A DNA stretch of 64,000 bases from a virus. Lineage: Duplodnaviria > Caudoviricetes. Under the pieces are notes generated by a model. That model did not search any database. It was not told the origin of the DNA and saw only the letters and a list, made by a program, of their open reading frames with translations. The translations under genes and the position numbers were made by a program. Positions 10,586-19,954 of the stretch are shown here, one piece after another (the first letter of the stretch is position 1; every line of letters begins with the position of its first letter). Location: IMG/VR virus record IMGVR_UViG_2690315807_000002, positions 7,479 through 71,478 of that record; one strand, written 5' to 3'.

Positions 10586-10617
10586 CACCTTATTGTAAGC
10601 ATGTCACGACCATAATA
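10586..10617 (+). promoter_or_regulatory. Putative element-sigma promoter CACC-N18-GACYA (copy 3)
   Basis: Repeated bipartite motif directly after a terminator. Confidence 0.5.
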
Positions 10618-10893
10618 GGGAAGACAAAAGAAGGAAGGAGACAAGGTTTGAAATCAAATGGCATGGTTGTTGGCAAAATGACCGTCAGCAGTTACTTTTA
10701 TTTAGCACATTAAACCGGACGAAGAGAAGTTAAAATTCATCCAAGCTACTCCATGATTCATCTTAGACAATTTAGCTCACCTTTTCTTTATTCTATTTCT
10801 TCAGTCAGAGGCTTTGCATCTAAGGATTTCTATTATTCAATTATAGACTTCTTTTGGAAAATACTTGTAGAAAAAAAGGATGAAAATTGTTAA

Positions 10894-11604
10894 ATGAAGA
10901 AAATTAAGTTGACAGTGGCATTAGCCATGACGATTACTGCTTGCTCCCCGCATGAGAAAACATCGGATTTCTATTATAATCCGATCCCCCAAGTTTCTGT
11001 GTCAGAAAGTGTGTTTAACGTTAGACACCTCTTGTCGATAGAGACGAATAAAAAAGAGCCAATCCCACTGATTGCAAAAGCTGTACTCGAAGCAAAACCA
11101 GTACCTAAAATGACAGCTGCTGCAGATAAACCGAAAATTAAGCCTAAATCTACTGCTGTCGTTACAAAGTCTTCCACTGTGCAAAAGAACATAGTGAACC
11201 ATCTTCTCAAGTACAAGGTAAACAAATCAGACTCTACTAAGTTTGCCACTCTTATCGTACAGAATAGCAAGACTTACGGTGTCGATCCTTATACTATACT
11301 AGCAATTATTCAAGTTGAAACGGGGGCGACATTCGACCCTAACCTTGTCAGTACTCACGGTAGCGTAGGCTTGCTACAGGTGCTCCCCTCCACACAGAAA
11401 TATATGAATATATCGGGGAGTCTCAAAAAACCTTCAATCAACATCAAAATTGGCACTAAGTACCTTGCCTATACTCAAAAGAGATTCGGCGATGAATTGG
11501 GAATCGTTGCTTATAATCAAGGCGAGGGGAACGTTAAACGAGGGACGTATAACACTAAGTATTTGACCAAAGTTAATAAAGCATTGGCAAAAATCAAAAA
11601 GTAG
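10894..11604 (+). CDS. Lipoprotein lytic transglycosylase (SLT domain)
   Basis: Lipobox-type signal MKKIKLTVALAMTITAC; AIIQVET, GLLQV, IGTKYL, AYNQG motifs. Confidence 0.85.
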   Translation: MKKIKLTVALAMTITACSPHEKTSDFYYNPIPQVSVSESVFNVRHLLSIETNKKEPIPLIAKAVLEAKPVPKMTAAADKPKIKPKSTAVVTKSSTVQKNIVNHLLKYKVNKSDSTKFATLIVQNSKTYGVDPYTILAIIQVETGATFDPNLVSTHGSVGLLQVLPSTQKYMNISGSLKKPSINIKIGTKYLAYTQKRFGDELGIVAYNQGEGNVKRGTYNTKYLTKVNKALAKIKK

Positions 11605-11757
11605 TTGCACAGGATCATGTTTCAGGACAACAAGGTTATGAAACTCAAAACAGCACAGGAAAGACTTAGAGTCAGCAAGAAAGTCTATCTGCTGAAAGCC
11701 TCCAAGCAATATTAGTTAAACTACAAAGACATGATAGGGTAAATAAAATCGAAACTG

Positions 11758-11792
11758 AAACGGCATGGGGAACCCCCCCCTGCCGTTTTTTT
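11758..11792 (+). terminator. Rho-independent terminator
   Basis: AAACGGCA...TGCCGTTT plus T run. Confidence 0.65.
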
Positions 11793-12061
11793 ATGTAAAA
11801 ACAAGGACGTCCATAGCATAAATGAAGCGAAGTGAAAATTCGTTTAAAACTCAGATATCTGGATGTAACTCTGTAAATGGGGTGGAGCAAGGTTTCTACA
11901 AAAAACGGTTTTTCTGTCACTGTTGGACAAAATCAGAAACTGTTGCTCCTTCATGGAAATAAGTCGTTGGTTAGCTTTTCAAGTTTTCGTCTTTTTTGAG
12001 ATGAGCTCAGCGCTTCAACTTAATTATATTGGCCCCAAGAGGGGTCTTTTCTATTTGTTCA

Positions 12062-12090
12062 CACCTCCTGATAGGGTTAGCGCGACTACT
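12062..12090 (+). promoter_or_regulatory. Putative element-sigma promoter CACC-N18-GACYA (copy 4), upstream of the sigma gene
   Basis: Repeated bipartite motif after the hairpin at 12031-12050. Confidence 0.55.
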
Positions 12091-12322
12091 AAGAGTATGC
12101 AGGAAATAATTTTGTTTGACACAGGAAGGGGACCAGAAAATGAGTATTTCACACCTCTGATGTAACGATAACAAGTTGGCAGAACTTCAAGAACTTAATG
12201 TAGGCCTTTAAAGTAGGTCCTCAAGACCAAGGAACAAAGTTGCAAAATCACAGCAGATGTGACGTCAGCGGACTTCTCAAAAGTAATACAAAAAAGACAG
12301 AAATTTCGAGGTGAATTAGATA

Positions 12323-13276
12323 GTGCCGAGTCCCAACTACCTACAGCTCAGGGATAAAGAGATGAAGGATATGCATAATATGGTTCTCTTGAAGGCGTGT
12401 AAAGAGAACAGAGAACTCATGGGAGACTTCTTGAATGCTAATCGAGACTTTATCTTCTCTATTATCAAGCACTACAAGGGGAGTATCCTAGAACTTAAAA
12501 CGAAGTTCCGAATCACAGAAGACGAACTATACCAACATGCTTGCATAGGCATTCTGACTGCTATCAAGGATTTTGATTTTGAACGAGGCATTAAGTTCAC
12601 AACATTCGTTGTGCGCCCCATCCTCTGGGAAATCAATCAGCTTCTTTATAGTGATTCTCAGTCTGTAAGGTTGAGCAGGGGGGCGGTTGACCTCATTAAG
12701 CAAATGGTCGGGATTGAGGATGCTCTAGGGTATCGCCCCGCTGAAGAAGAAATGTCAGCTCTACTTAATGTGTCAATTGAGCGCTATCGCGAGATTGCCA
12801 TGTTCAGCGATGGCCTTGAGCATTATGACGGGATTGATAATTTTGAATTCGTCAACAAGGATGAGAAAATCCTTGAAGAAGATGTGGCCAATCGTCTTTA
12901 TGTAGAGCAACTACTGGATGACCCTATATTTAATGAATTCGAAAAGAAGGTCATGCGCCTGCTCTTGAGCGATACAAGTAACAACAATGCACAGATTGCT
13001 GAACAACTGAACGTATACCCCATGACCATTAGCCGTACTCTCGCACGAATCCGCAGCAAAACTGTGAACAGAGAGTTGAAGGAAGAGGAAACTAAGAGCT
13101 CTTCCAAGTATGAACGGGAGATTGAACTTATCGCTCAGGCAACAAAGGAGCGTAATGAGAACTTGTGCATCAATAAAATTACAGAACTACTTGAGGTGTG
13201 TGGGTATGACACCAACGCCTACACAACCAGAGTGCTTTATTACATCCGTCAGAAAGCTAATCAACAAAGTGCTTAA
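12323..13276 (+). CDS. SigF/SigG/SigB-like RNA polymerase sigma factor with C-terminal extension
   Basis: DELYQHACIGILTAIKDFDFERGIKFTTF (region 2), LGYRPAEEE (region 3), AQIAEQLNVYPMTISR (region 4). Confidence 0.85.
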   Translation: MPSPNYLQLRDKEMKDMHNMVLLKACKENRELMGDFLNANRDFIFSIIKHYKGSILELKTKFRITEDELYQHACIGILTAIKDFDFERGIKFTTFVVRPILWEINQLLYSDSQSVRLSRGAVDLIKQMVGIEDALGYRPAEEEMSALLNVSIERYREIAMFSDGLEHYDGIDNFEFVNKDEKILEEDVANRLYVEQLLDDPIFNEFEKKVMRLLLSDTSNNNAQIAEQLNVYPMTISRTLARIRSKTVNRELKEEETKSSSKYEREIELIAQATKERNENLCINKITELLEVCGYDTNAYTTRVLYYIRQKANQQSA

Positions 13277-13770
13277 ATAACTCGCACTTTTTAATAAGGA
13301 TGCGGGGATCAATATAGTATATAGAAATCAAACTAAACAAGGGCGTTTGGATCATAATATCTTAAAATGTATCTTTATTAAAATCACTCTGAATTCCCTT
13401 CTTACGGCGAAAATCTTGAACAGCTGCCAGCGGATGAGACAACAGTCGAATTATCAATTAATCATAAAAAATCATAAAAAATTTAGCTAGAGAAATCATC
13501 GTATTGGATGTTGATGAAATAGACAACAAAATTTGTATGTTAAGGAGGGGCGACAAGCCCCTGATACTATATAAGAAAGAGTGATGAGATGAAAGCGCGA
13601 ACTCATCATAACCAAAACATCCTTTTGAAAAGAGACTTACGATAACTTCCCATCAATCAGTTCTATATATTACACTATGCATTCTAAATGAAGGGAGCAC
13701 TATAAGTGGATACCAACTACTATCAAAACTGGAACATAGACCCTTATGACAAGCACCTTACATATTACAA

Positions 13771-14052
13771 ATGAAAATCACCCTATACTACAACAATGAA
13801 TGCGGTCATTGCCGACGTTTCCATAAGACCATAGACGATATAGCCTCGGAACGTCCGCACATTGATGTCTCTAAAGTCGAATATGTGCCCTCTATACACA
13901 CAGATGTGATATTCATACCAACTATGATCGTCAGCCACGGAGGTAGGGAATTAGGGCGCTTCAGCAGTGCTCTAGAGAAGAAAACTATCAGCATATGGTT
14001 AGATCAACTCGATGAATACATTAAAACTCACTTGTATTCCAATGATATATAA
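13771..14052 (+). CDS. Thioredoxin/glutaredoxin-like protein
   Basis: CGHC active site and cis-Pro IPT motif. Confidence 0.75.
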   Translation: MKITLYYNNECGHCRRFHKTIDDIASERPHIDVSKVEYVPSIHTDVIFIPTMIVSHGGRELGRFSSALEKKTISIWLDQLDEYIKTHLYSNDI

Positions 14053-14789
14053 AACTCTTTGAGTATTTTATCTTATCACGTAGTCCAGGACAGCTCTAAA
14101 CGACCATTAAATTTCATCCTAAATCAAGTCTTAAATCAAGTCCTAGTATGTTAATTAAGACCCTTCGGGGTCCTTTTTAGGTTGATAACGTAGAAAGGTA
14201 ATCTATGCCAGTTTGGACGATCACAGCATAATTTTTTATTCATAATAAAGAGGAACAGTGTCAACAATGTACACGTGAGTCAACGTCTCAGCGGTTCCAT
14301 TGTTTTATCACTCTTCCTTGTAGTTTTATGAGTCTCTTTGCTCGAATGCCATCCGCCTATTCATGATTTCCATCAAAAATATACCTAGCAGCTAGAACTA
14401 ACATCAGACGTTTTTGATTCGACTTTTTGTAAGAAACACCCATTGTATTGTGCATGATTGACATGTACTTCTGGTTTACATCATCTATATGAAAGGAGCT
14501 AAATATTATTAGAGTTTCCACTTCTATGACAAATCAATCTTCCGCTAGCTTTTACCCCGATTTTTGGGCTCCCTCCTCCAAAAGGGTAAATAGTAATAGT
14601 GTATCCCGCTGACATAACTTTGCTTTCTCACATTATTTCTGCCCACTCGGTTCTAGTCTTATTATATTCATTTCTCTTCTGCCCCTTACATTCCAATTAG
14701 TCGTTCTACTCCTATAAAAAGATGTGTCTAGTACGTACAAAAGTTCAATTGTGTACAAATCAACTTATATTGGTACTAGAGGTGGTCAT

Positions 14790-15011
14790 ATGAAATGCGA
14801 TTGCGGACGCTTCATCACGCAGAATGCCAAGGCTTTAGCCTCTATCTATGAGACGGATGGTGGCAAGTGTATTCACTGTTTGTCAGAGACCCTGAGTGTT
14901 CCTTATCAAGAATTAGTAGATAGGTATATGGGAATCTACGAGTGCCGTCCTTGCGCTCAAGATAAGAAAAAAGAGGAATTAAGAAGGAAATTACTTGGAT
15001 TAGGGGGTTAG
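14790..15011 (+). CDS. Small Cys-rich zinc-binding protein
   Basis: CDC...CIHC...CRPC; GAGGTG RBS. Confidence 0.6.
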   Translation: MKCDCGRFITQNAKALASIYETDGGKCIHCLSETLSVPYQELVDRYMGIYECRPCAQDKKKEELRRKLLGLGG

Positions 15012-15177
15012 GACATACTGGTTTGAATCGTGAAGCGGATTGTAAGCCTTGTATGGGCAGATAAAATCCTGAATACTGCCGAGTATGGTAAAGGTTGTGG
15101 AGAGTGAAAAAGTCTCTCCCATCCTAAACTAGCCCTGCGCTTTACGGTAAGAAGAAAAATAAAGGGATTGATTTAAA

Positions 15178-15441
15178 ATGGACTTTTTAATCAAGTGTAT
15201 TAAGTGTGAATTCAGGTACGTTACTGATAAAGCAAGGGAGAACTTTGCGGCTGAAGGACTGGAAGGAGAATCCATGCTTTGTCTACACTGTATCGGGGAA
15301 ATTACAGGGAAAGTCTTGAACCGATACAGCTACTTGGTCTTGCCCGAAGAGCTAGAAGATTCGAATCAACGGATGCAAGTTCTACCTAAAACGCCCACTG
15401 GCTGTAGACCGTGTATGAAGAAGAGAGGGTTATCATCATGA
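15178..15441 (+). CDS. Small Cys-rich zinc-binding protein, paralog of 14790-15011
   Basis: CIKC...CLHC...CRPC. Confidence 0.6.
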   Translation: MDFLIKCIKCEFRYVTDKARENFAAEGLEGESMLCLHCIGEITGKVLNRYSYLVLPEELEDSNQRMQVLPKTPTGCRPCMKKRGLSS

Positions 15442-15578
15442 AAACGGAACGTATTTACTTGAGAACTACTCCTAAAAATAAAAAATATTTACAAAAAGTA
15501 GCTAAAAATTATTTTAAAGGAAATCTGTCTGCTGTTTTCGAGTACATGATTGAACATCTCGATATACATATGGATTGA
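15438..15578 (+). CDS. 46-aa ribbon-helix-helix-like protein (below the ORF track cutoff)
   Basis: MKTERIYLRTTPKNKKYLQKVAKNYFKGNLSAVFEYMIEHLDIHMD; ATGA overlap; GAGGG RBS. Confidence 0.55.
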   Translation: MKTERIYLRTTPKNKKYLQKVAKNYFKGNLSAVFEYMIEHLDIHMD

Positions 15579-15663
15579 TTACTCTTAACTGTGTTTCACA
15601 TTCACAAAAAATTGTTAGAGCGGGCATAAGGTTAAACGGTCTGCTTTCAGGGAGAGTGAAGTA

Positions 15664-16413
15664 ATGGAGACAAACATCGGGAGATTAATTGCATTTGTTG
15701 GATCAGTAAGGAGCGGTAAGACAAAAAAACTAATTGACCTTTACGAAGAAATGATGGGCGACGGTGTCAAAGTCGCTGTGTTCAAGCCGTTTATTTCGAG
15801 TGAGAGAGAGGGTGATGAGTTTGTCCGTTCTAGAGAAGGTGATAAAGCTCCTGCGAGGGCTGTTAAATATCTGTCTGAAATCCCATCTATAGTCGAATCG
15901 GAGCGTCTAGAGGCAATACTAGTAGATGAGACACAGTTATTTAATCAAGAGGAAGATGGCTTCATAATTCTTGAGGGACTGGCTATGGGAGGACTTGAAG
16001 TTTACTTGTTTAGTCTCGATGTTGACTCCGAAAACAACACATTCAGGTATATAGGGGATATTCTTGCTCATGCTGATGAAGTTCATAAACTCCGTACATC
16101 ATGTATAAAGTGTGGAGAGGAAGCAAGGGTTAGCAAATTCGTGGGCATAGTCAAGTCCGACGTCATACCATATGGTGAGCCGGATGATTATGCTCCTTAT
16201 TGCCGTTTCTGTTACCACGGATGGAATGATCGGTTGGAAGAGCTCCGTAAGACAGCACAGATCACTGTCGGGGGGAACGGCTTCTTTTTTACTTGCGATA
16301 TCGAAATTGAGCGAATCATGGAAATAGGCTACGACATTGAGACTCTTGAAGATAACTTGCGGACAGTTGACAAAATATTAGAATTCATTTCAAAGCTGAA
16401 AAAAGCAGATTGA
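15664..16413 (+). CDS. tdk: Thymidine kinase (divergent)
   Basis: GSVRSGKT P-loop, FKP, VDETQ, CIKCG...CRFC zinc motif. Confidence 0.85.
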   Translation: METNIGRLIAFVGSVRSGKTKKLIDLYEEMMGDGVKVAVFKPFISSEREGDEFVRSREGDKAPARAVKYLSEIPSIVESERLEAILVDETQLFNQEEDGFIILEGLAMGGLEVYLFSLDVDSENNTFRYIGDILAHADEVHKLRTSCIKCGEEARVSKFVGIVKSDVIPYGEPDDYAPYCRFCYHGWNDRLEELRKTAQITVGGNGFFFTCDIEIERIMEIGYDIETLEDNLRTVDKILEFISKLKKAD

Positions 16414-16490
16414 TTTTATTTCTAAGCATAAATGATGTATCCCTATGTTCTAACCATGTAATCCAAATAGGGACATTAGGAATCGTGAAG

Positions 16491-16624
16491 TGTAAGTTTT
16501 ACATTTTAGGATCTCCACCTATTTAAATGTTTTTTTGAAATGTAAATTTTACACTCAATAAAGATTAAAAGATTACAAGATTAAAAGATTAAAAGATAAA
16601 TAATATATTAAATTAATAAATATT
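16491..16624. repeat. Two 13-bp palindromes, five 8-bp tandem repeats and an AT-rich tract (origin-like)
   Basis: TGTAAGTTTTACA 16491-16503; TGTAAATTTTACA 16541-16553; (AAAAGATT)x5 imperfect 16559-16598; pure A/T run follows. Confidence 0.6.
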
Positions 16625-16884
16625 GCGAAAGTCATTACAGACCAATTCTCCCAGTACAACTCAAATATTTTTAAACTAGCATGAACCTAAGTTTGTTAGT
16701 CTGTTTTTAAATAACCATATAATCAAAGCTGAGTCATATAAAGTGAACTTCAGTAAAAAATATTCCTTTGACGATCTGATGTCGATACCCTGTTAACTCA
16801 GCACTAACTACAAGGCGGATAGGGGCTACATCCCCCACCTTTTTTATTATCACAATAATACCATTTTGAGAGGAGTTTTCTTAC

Positions 16885-17256
16885 ATGGCAGGACCAACTG
16901 GGACGCACAAGAAAGAATTAAAAGTCGCTGAAGCACACTTAGAGACAAGGGAAAGAAGCAAGTCGAAGGCGACTGATGATGTAAATGTAGAGGATGTGGA
17001 GGGGGATGTGGTAGCCGAGTTAACCCAACAACTTACTATGTTCGGACAGTTCATTTATAACGCTCAGGAAAAAGATACCATCCTGATTGTCGAGAACTTG
17101 GGTTATGGCGATATTTACGTAAGTGACAAGCATAATCCTCGAGTAGGCAATGAAGATCAACGTCTAATTTTCAAGGAGCAAAAGGCATTCAAAGCTGGAA
17201 AGCTGTTTATGATTTCGGCAAGCTATCCCATAGTATCCGTTATTGAGATCAAGTAA
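16885..17256 (+). CDS. Hypothetical protein
   Basis: GAGGAG RBS, clean ORF ahead of the tail module. Confidence 0.65.
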   Translation: MAGPTGTHKKELKVAEAHLETRERSKSKATDDVNVEDVEGDVVAELTQQLTMFGQFIYNAQEKDTILIVENLGYGDIYVSDKHNPRVGNEDQRLIFKEQKAFKAGKLFMISASYPIVSVIEIK

Positions 17257-17424
17257 AAAGAGTATAGGGCCAGTCTACTTCAATCATGGGTTATTACAGA
17301 TGCGAGGGAGAGCATCCCCGGCTGATGTTGATATTGTTGGACACCTCAATACGCAGGGCTGTTAGAAATGTTCCCATTTCAGCTTATATTGGTATACGAA
17401 GCATTCATAAGAGGTTGTGATGTA

Positions 17425-17865
17425 ATGGGAGAATCCACATCTCCAATGTTTACACCTATATTCACACCACGCTTCGTCAAGACCCTTAAATCTTGCAATG
17501 CTAGGACTGCCGGCTAACGATTCTCCAGAAAATTTAGCTACCTAAATTCAGAAGAGAAAGAAGCCACAAGACTTAGTCAGCACAACTTGCCCTTGATAAT
17601 ATTTTATAAAAATCCTGGAGCAAGAGGCGAGAATTACCTTGAGTATAGATTCATCGTAGACTTCGATATCTATACGAAGGATGATGTGGGATTGACTGTA
17701 AACATCGCTGACCGATTTGCCAGATTTTCGACGACCAGTACCTTGGTATGCCGAAGGGTAGTGTGTTTAATAGGGAGTACGTCACAAGTTCTGAAGACGA
17801 TACTGACTGGAAACACCTACAAGTATTTCACCCAAATAGTTTTCGCTATTGGGATAGACGAATAA
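17425..17865 (+). pseudogene. Frameshifted gene at the tail terminator/completion position
   Basis: A protein of about 145 aa can be stitched across frames (YTYIHTTLRQDP/AMLGLPANDSPENLAT*IQKRKKPQDL/HNLPLIIFY...DFDIY...NIADR/QIFDDQYLG.../NTYKYFTQIVFAIG); lies directly upstream of the tail tube gene. Confidence 0.6.
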
Positions 17866-17879
17866 AGGAGGTTTTTTGA

Positions 17880-18935
17880 ATGAAAGTTACTAAAAACAAA
17901 AAAATGCTGATTAAAGGTGCAGGTAAATTCATGGCGAAAATCCCGAACTGTGACGACCTCGTTACAATCGGTACGCTAAATAACATGCGTCTAGACATTC
18001 AATTGGATATGCAGGACATCGAGGCTGGCGATTCTAGCGTCGCTCTGGACACTTTGCTGCGTAAGAAGACAATCGACATTACCGCAGAAGCGGCTAAGTT
18101 CGATCTCAACCTTGTTAGGTTGGTACTTGGCTCAAAACTGCGCGAAGGTGTCTCAGGTTCTGCTTACAGTATGGTTACTGAGACTTTCGTAGTTCCTTCT
18201 GCATCTCCATATCAAGCAGAACTGACTCAAGTATCTATCGCTTCTCCTGCACCTAAGTCCTTTGAGGGTGCAGTGGGCGGTACAGACCTGAGTACAGACG
18301 TGACGATATCCGGTCAGAACGTAGTGTTCGACATGGCACTGGCAGGCAAGACAGTTGTCATCGTCTACGCTGTGGCTCTAACGGGTATTACTCCAGACCC
18401 TGATGGCTTTGTATGGGTTCTGGAAGAGAAGCACAACGTTAAACAAAATGGTTCTGAATTCACTACTGATCTTGTTTATGGTGCTTCGCTCAATACAGAC
18501 CCTCAGATATCCGTCCGTACCCTGCAAGGTAACGTCCTTCTGAAAAAAACGGTCAATCCTAATCCTACGGAAGACCAATATGTAATTAGTGGCGGCACGC
18601 TGAAGTTCAACTCGGCTATGAAAGATGTAGACATTTATGTTAACTACAAGCGTAACGAAGTTGTCGATATCCTCGATATCACAACCAAGGACATGCCGTT
18701 GACAGTTCACGTTGTTCATGACGGACAATTCGAACAGAAAGATGGTACGATTCAAGGTTATCAAACTGAGCTGTACCAATGCCGTGTGAAGTCCAACTTC
18801 ACTCTCGACGCACAACGTCAACAAGCTTCCACACATAGTGTAACTCTAACTGTAATCGACCCTGAACGCTTTGACGGTAAGCTTGGTTCTATCAAGCGTT
18901 ACGAGGCAGGTTCAGCCCAATCGGTAGATTGCTAA
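17880..18935 (+). CDS. Major tail (tube) protein with inserted Ig-like domains
   Basis: Position before the chaperone and tape measure genes; siphophage tube-like N- and C-terminal beta segments flanking an insertion; strong RBS and own terminator. Confidence 0.75.
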   Translation: MKVTKNKKMLIKGAGKFMAKIPNCDDLVTIGTLNNMRLDIQLDMQDIEAGDSSVALDTLLRKKTIDITAEAAKFDLNLVRLVLGSKLREGVSGSAYSMVTETFVVPSASPYQAELTQVSIASPAPKSFEGAVGGTDLSTDVTISGQNVVFDMALAGKTVVIVYAVALTGITPDPDGFVWVLEEKHNVKQNGSEFTTDLVYGASLNTDPQISVRTLQGNVLLKKTVNPNPTEDQYVISGGTLKFNSAMKDVDIYVNYKRNEVVDILDITTKDMPLTVHVVHDGQFEQKDGTIQGYQTELYQCRVKSNFTLDAQRQQASTHSVTLTVIDPERFDGKLGSIKRYEAGSAQSVDC

Positions 18936-18940
18936 TCATT

Positions 18941-18964
18941 AGACTCCCCTCGGGGAGTCTTTTT
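18941..18964 (+). terminator. Rho-independent terminator
   Basis: AGACTCCCC-tc-GGGGAGTCT plus T run. Confidence 0.75.
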
Positions 18965-19093
18965 ACATACAAAATGTTATAGCCTTGGCTTACTCACTTA
19001 GAATGTCCTATGAGGTGATTACAAGGATTCCCCCACCTTGTCGTCACTTCGATTAACTGATTCTTGGGGGAGAATTTAAAGGGGGATTGTAAA

Positions 19094-19555
19094 GTGAGTG
19101 AACGAGATTTAGTAATTCCAAGAGCAGATAGTACTGTGACCAAAGAGATTGCCAGTCAAGTTGAAGAGCAGACACAAGAGGCGGTAACTGAAAAAGAAAA
19201 GAATCCTTTGACACAAGAGGAAGCAGAAGTGTGTGAGAAAGTATTCTTTGAAGAGGACGATAAGGTTCGTTTACGTGACGGCAAAACTTACAATATTCCA
19301 CCATTAGGTCTAATGGATGCTCGAAAGCTAATGAATAAACTTAACACGATTGATTCTGGTGTAATCATCGCTAACCTTATCCCTGAAGACGGGGATGATA
19401 GATTTGACGAACTGCTTGATGTGCTACTAATGGCATTTAAACCGTACTACAACCACATGACGGTCGAACATCTTGGAAATTACGTTGATTTGGAGACGGC
19501 TAAGAAAATTATCGACTGCATGATTGGTCTCAACGGGCTAAAAAAGTCCATGTAA
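19094..19555 (+). CDS. Tail assembly chaperone (gpG-like)
   Basis: Between tube and tape measure; ends in slippery A AAA AAG. Confidence 0.75.
   Translation: MSERDLVIPRADSTVTKEIASQVEEQTQEAVTEKEKNPLTQEEAEVCEKVFFEEDDKVRLRDGKTYNIPPLGLMDARKLMNKLNTIDSGVIIANLIPEDGDDRFDELLDVLLMAFKPYYNHMTVEHLGNYVDLETAKKIIDCMIGLNGLKKSM
19540..19546 (+). promoter_or_regulatory. Programmed -1 ribosomal frameshift site
   Basis: A AAA AAG in correct phase; the -1 frame is open into the 19588-19890 ORF. Confidence 0.8.
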
Positions 19556-19890
19556 CCACACAGGTAGAGGAAGAAAACTATGACAGCATGCCGCCTGTCA
19601 ATTGGGCAAATATCTTCTTCAAGCTCGCCCACTACTGCCACTTGAAAAAGCAGGATGTATGGCAGTTAACCTTACCTCAGTTGGGTTATTACCTGGAACA
19701 ATGTAATGAACACATTGAATTTACTATCAAAGTTTCTAGTATGTCTCTCGGCGGGTTGTTCGGTAGCGGTGTTCCTTCCAACGAAGATTCCAGCGGTGGT
19801 GAGGAAGAAACAAGAACCGACGGTAACTACGTGAATGGTTATAAAGTAGCCGATGCGGAAGACATGAGTTTCCTTGCACAGTTATTATAA
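19546..19890 (+). CDS. Tail assembly chaperone gpT part (gpGT fusion via frameshift)
   Basis: VWQLTLPQL motif typical of T segments; in the -1 frame relative to gpG. Confidence 0.7.
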   Translation, partial: VHVTTQVEEENYDSMPPVNWANIFFKLAHYCHLKKQDVWQLTLPQLGYYLEQCNEHIEFTIKVSSMSLGGLFGSGVPSNEDSSGGEEETRTDGNYVNGYKVADAEDMSFLAQLL

Positions 19891-19954
19891 ATTCTCCTGC
19901 TCTGCTTCCTTCTAGGGAGGGGCAGGAGTTTTATTTTATGAGGGTGGTGAGATT

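Noticed and set aside
11923-12165. 80-aa ORF upstream of the sigma gene
   Set aside because: TTG start without RBS; spans a terminator and a promoter-like motif; probably spurious
16559-16598. CRISPR-like array
   Set aside because: 8-bp head-to-tail repeats without spacers; no cas genes
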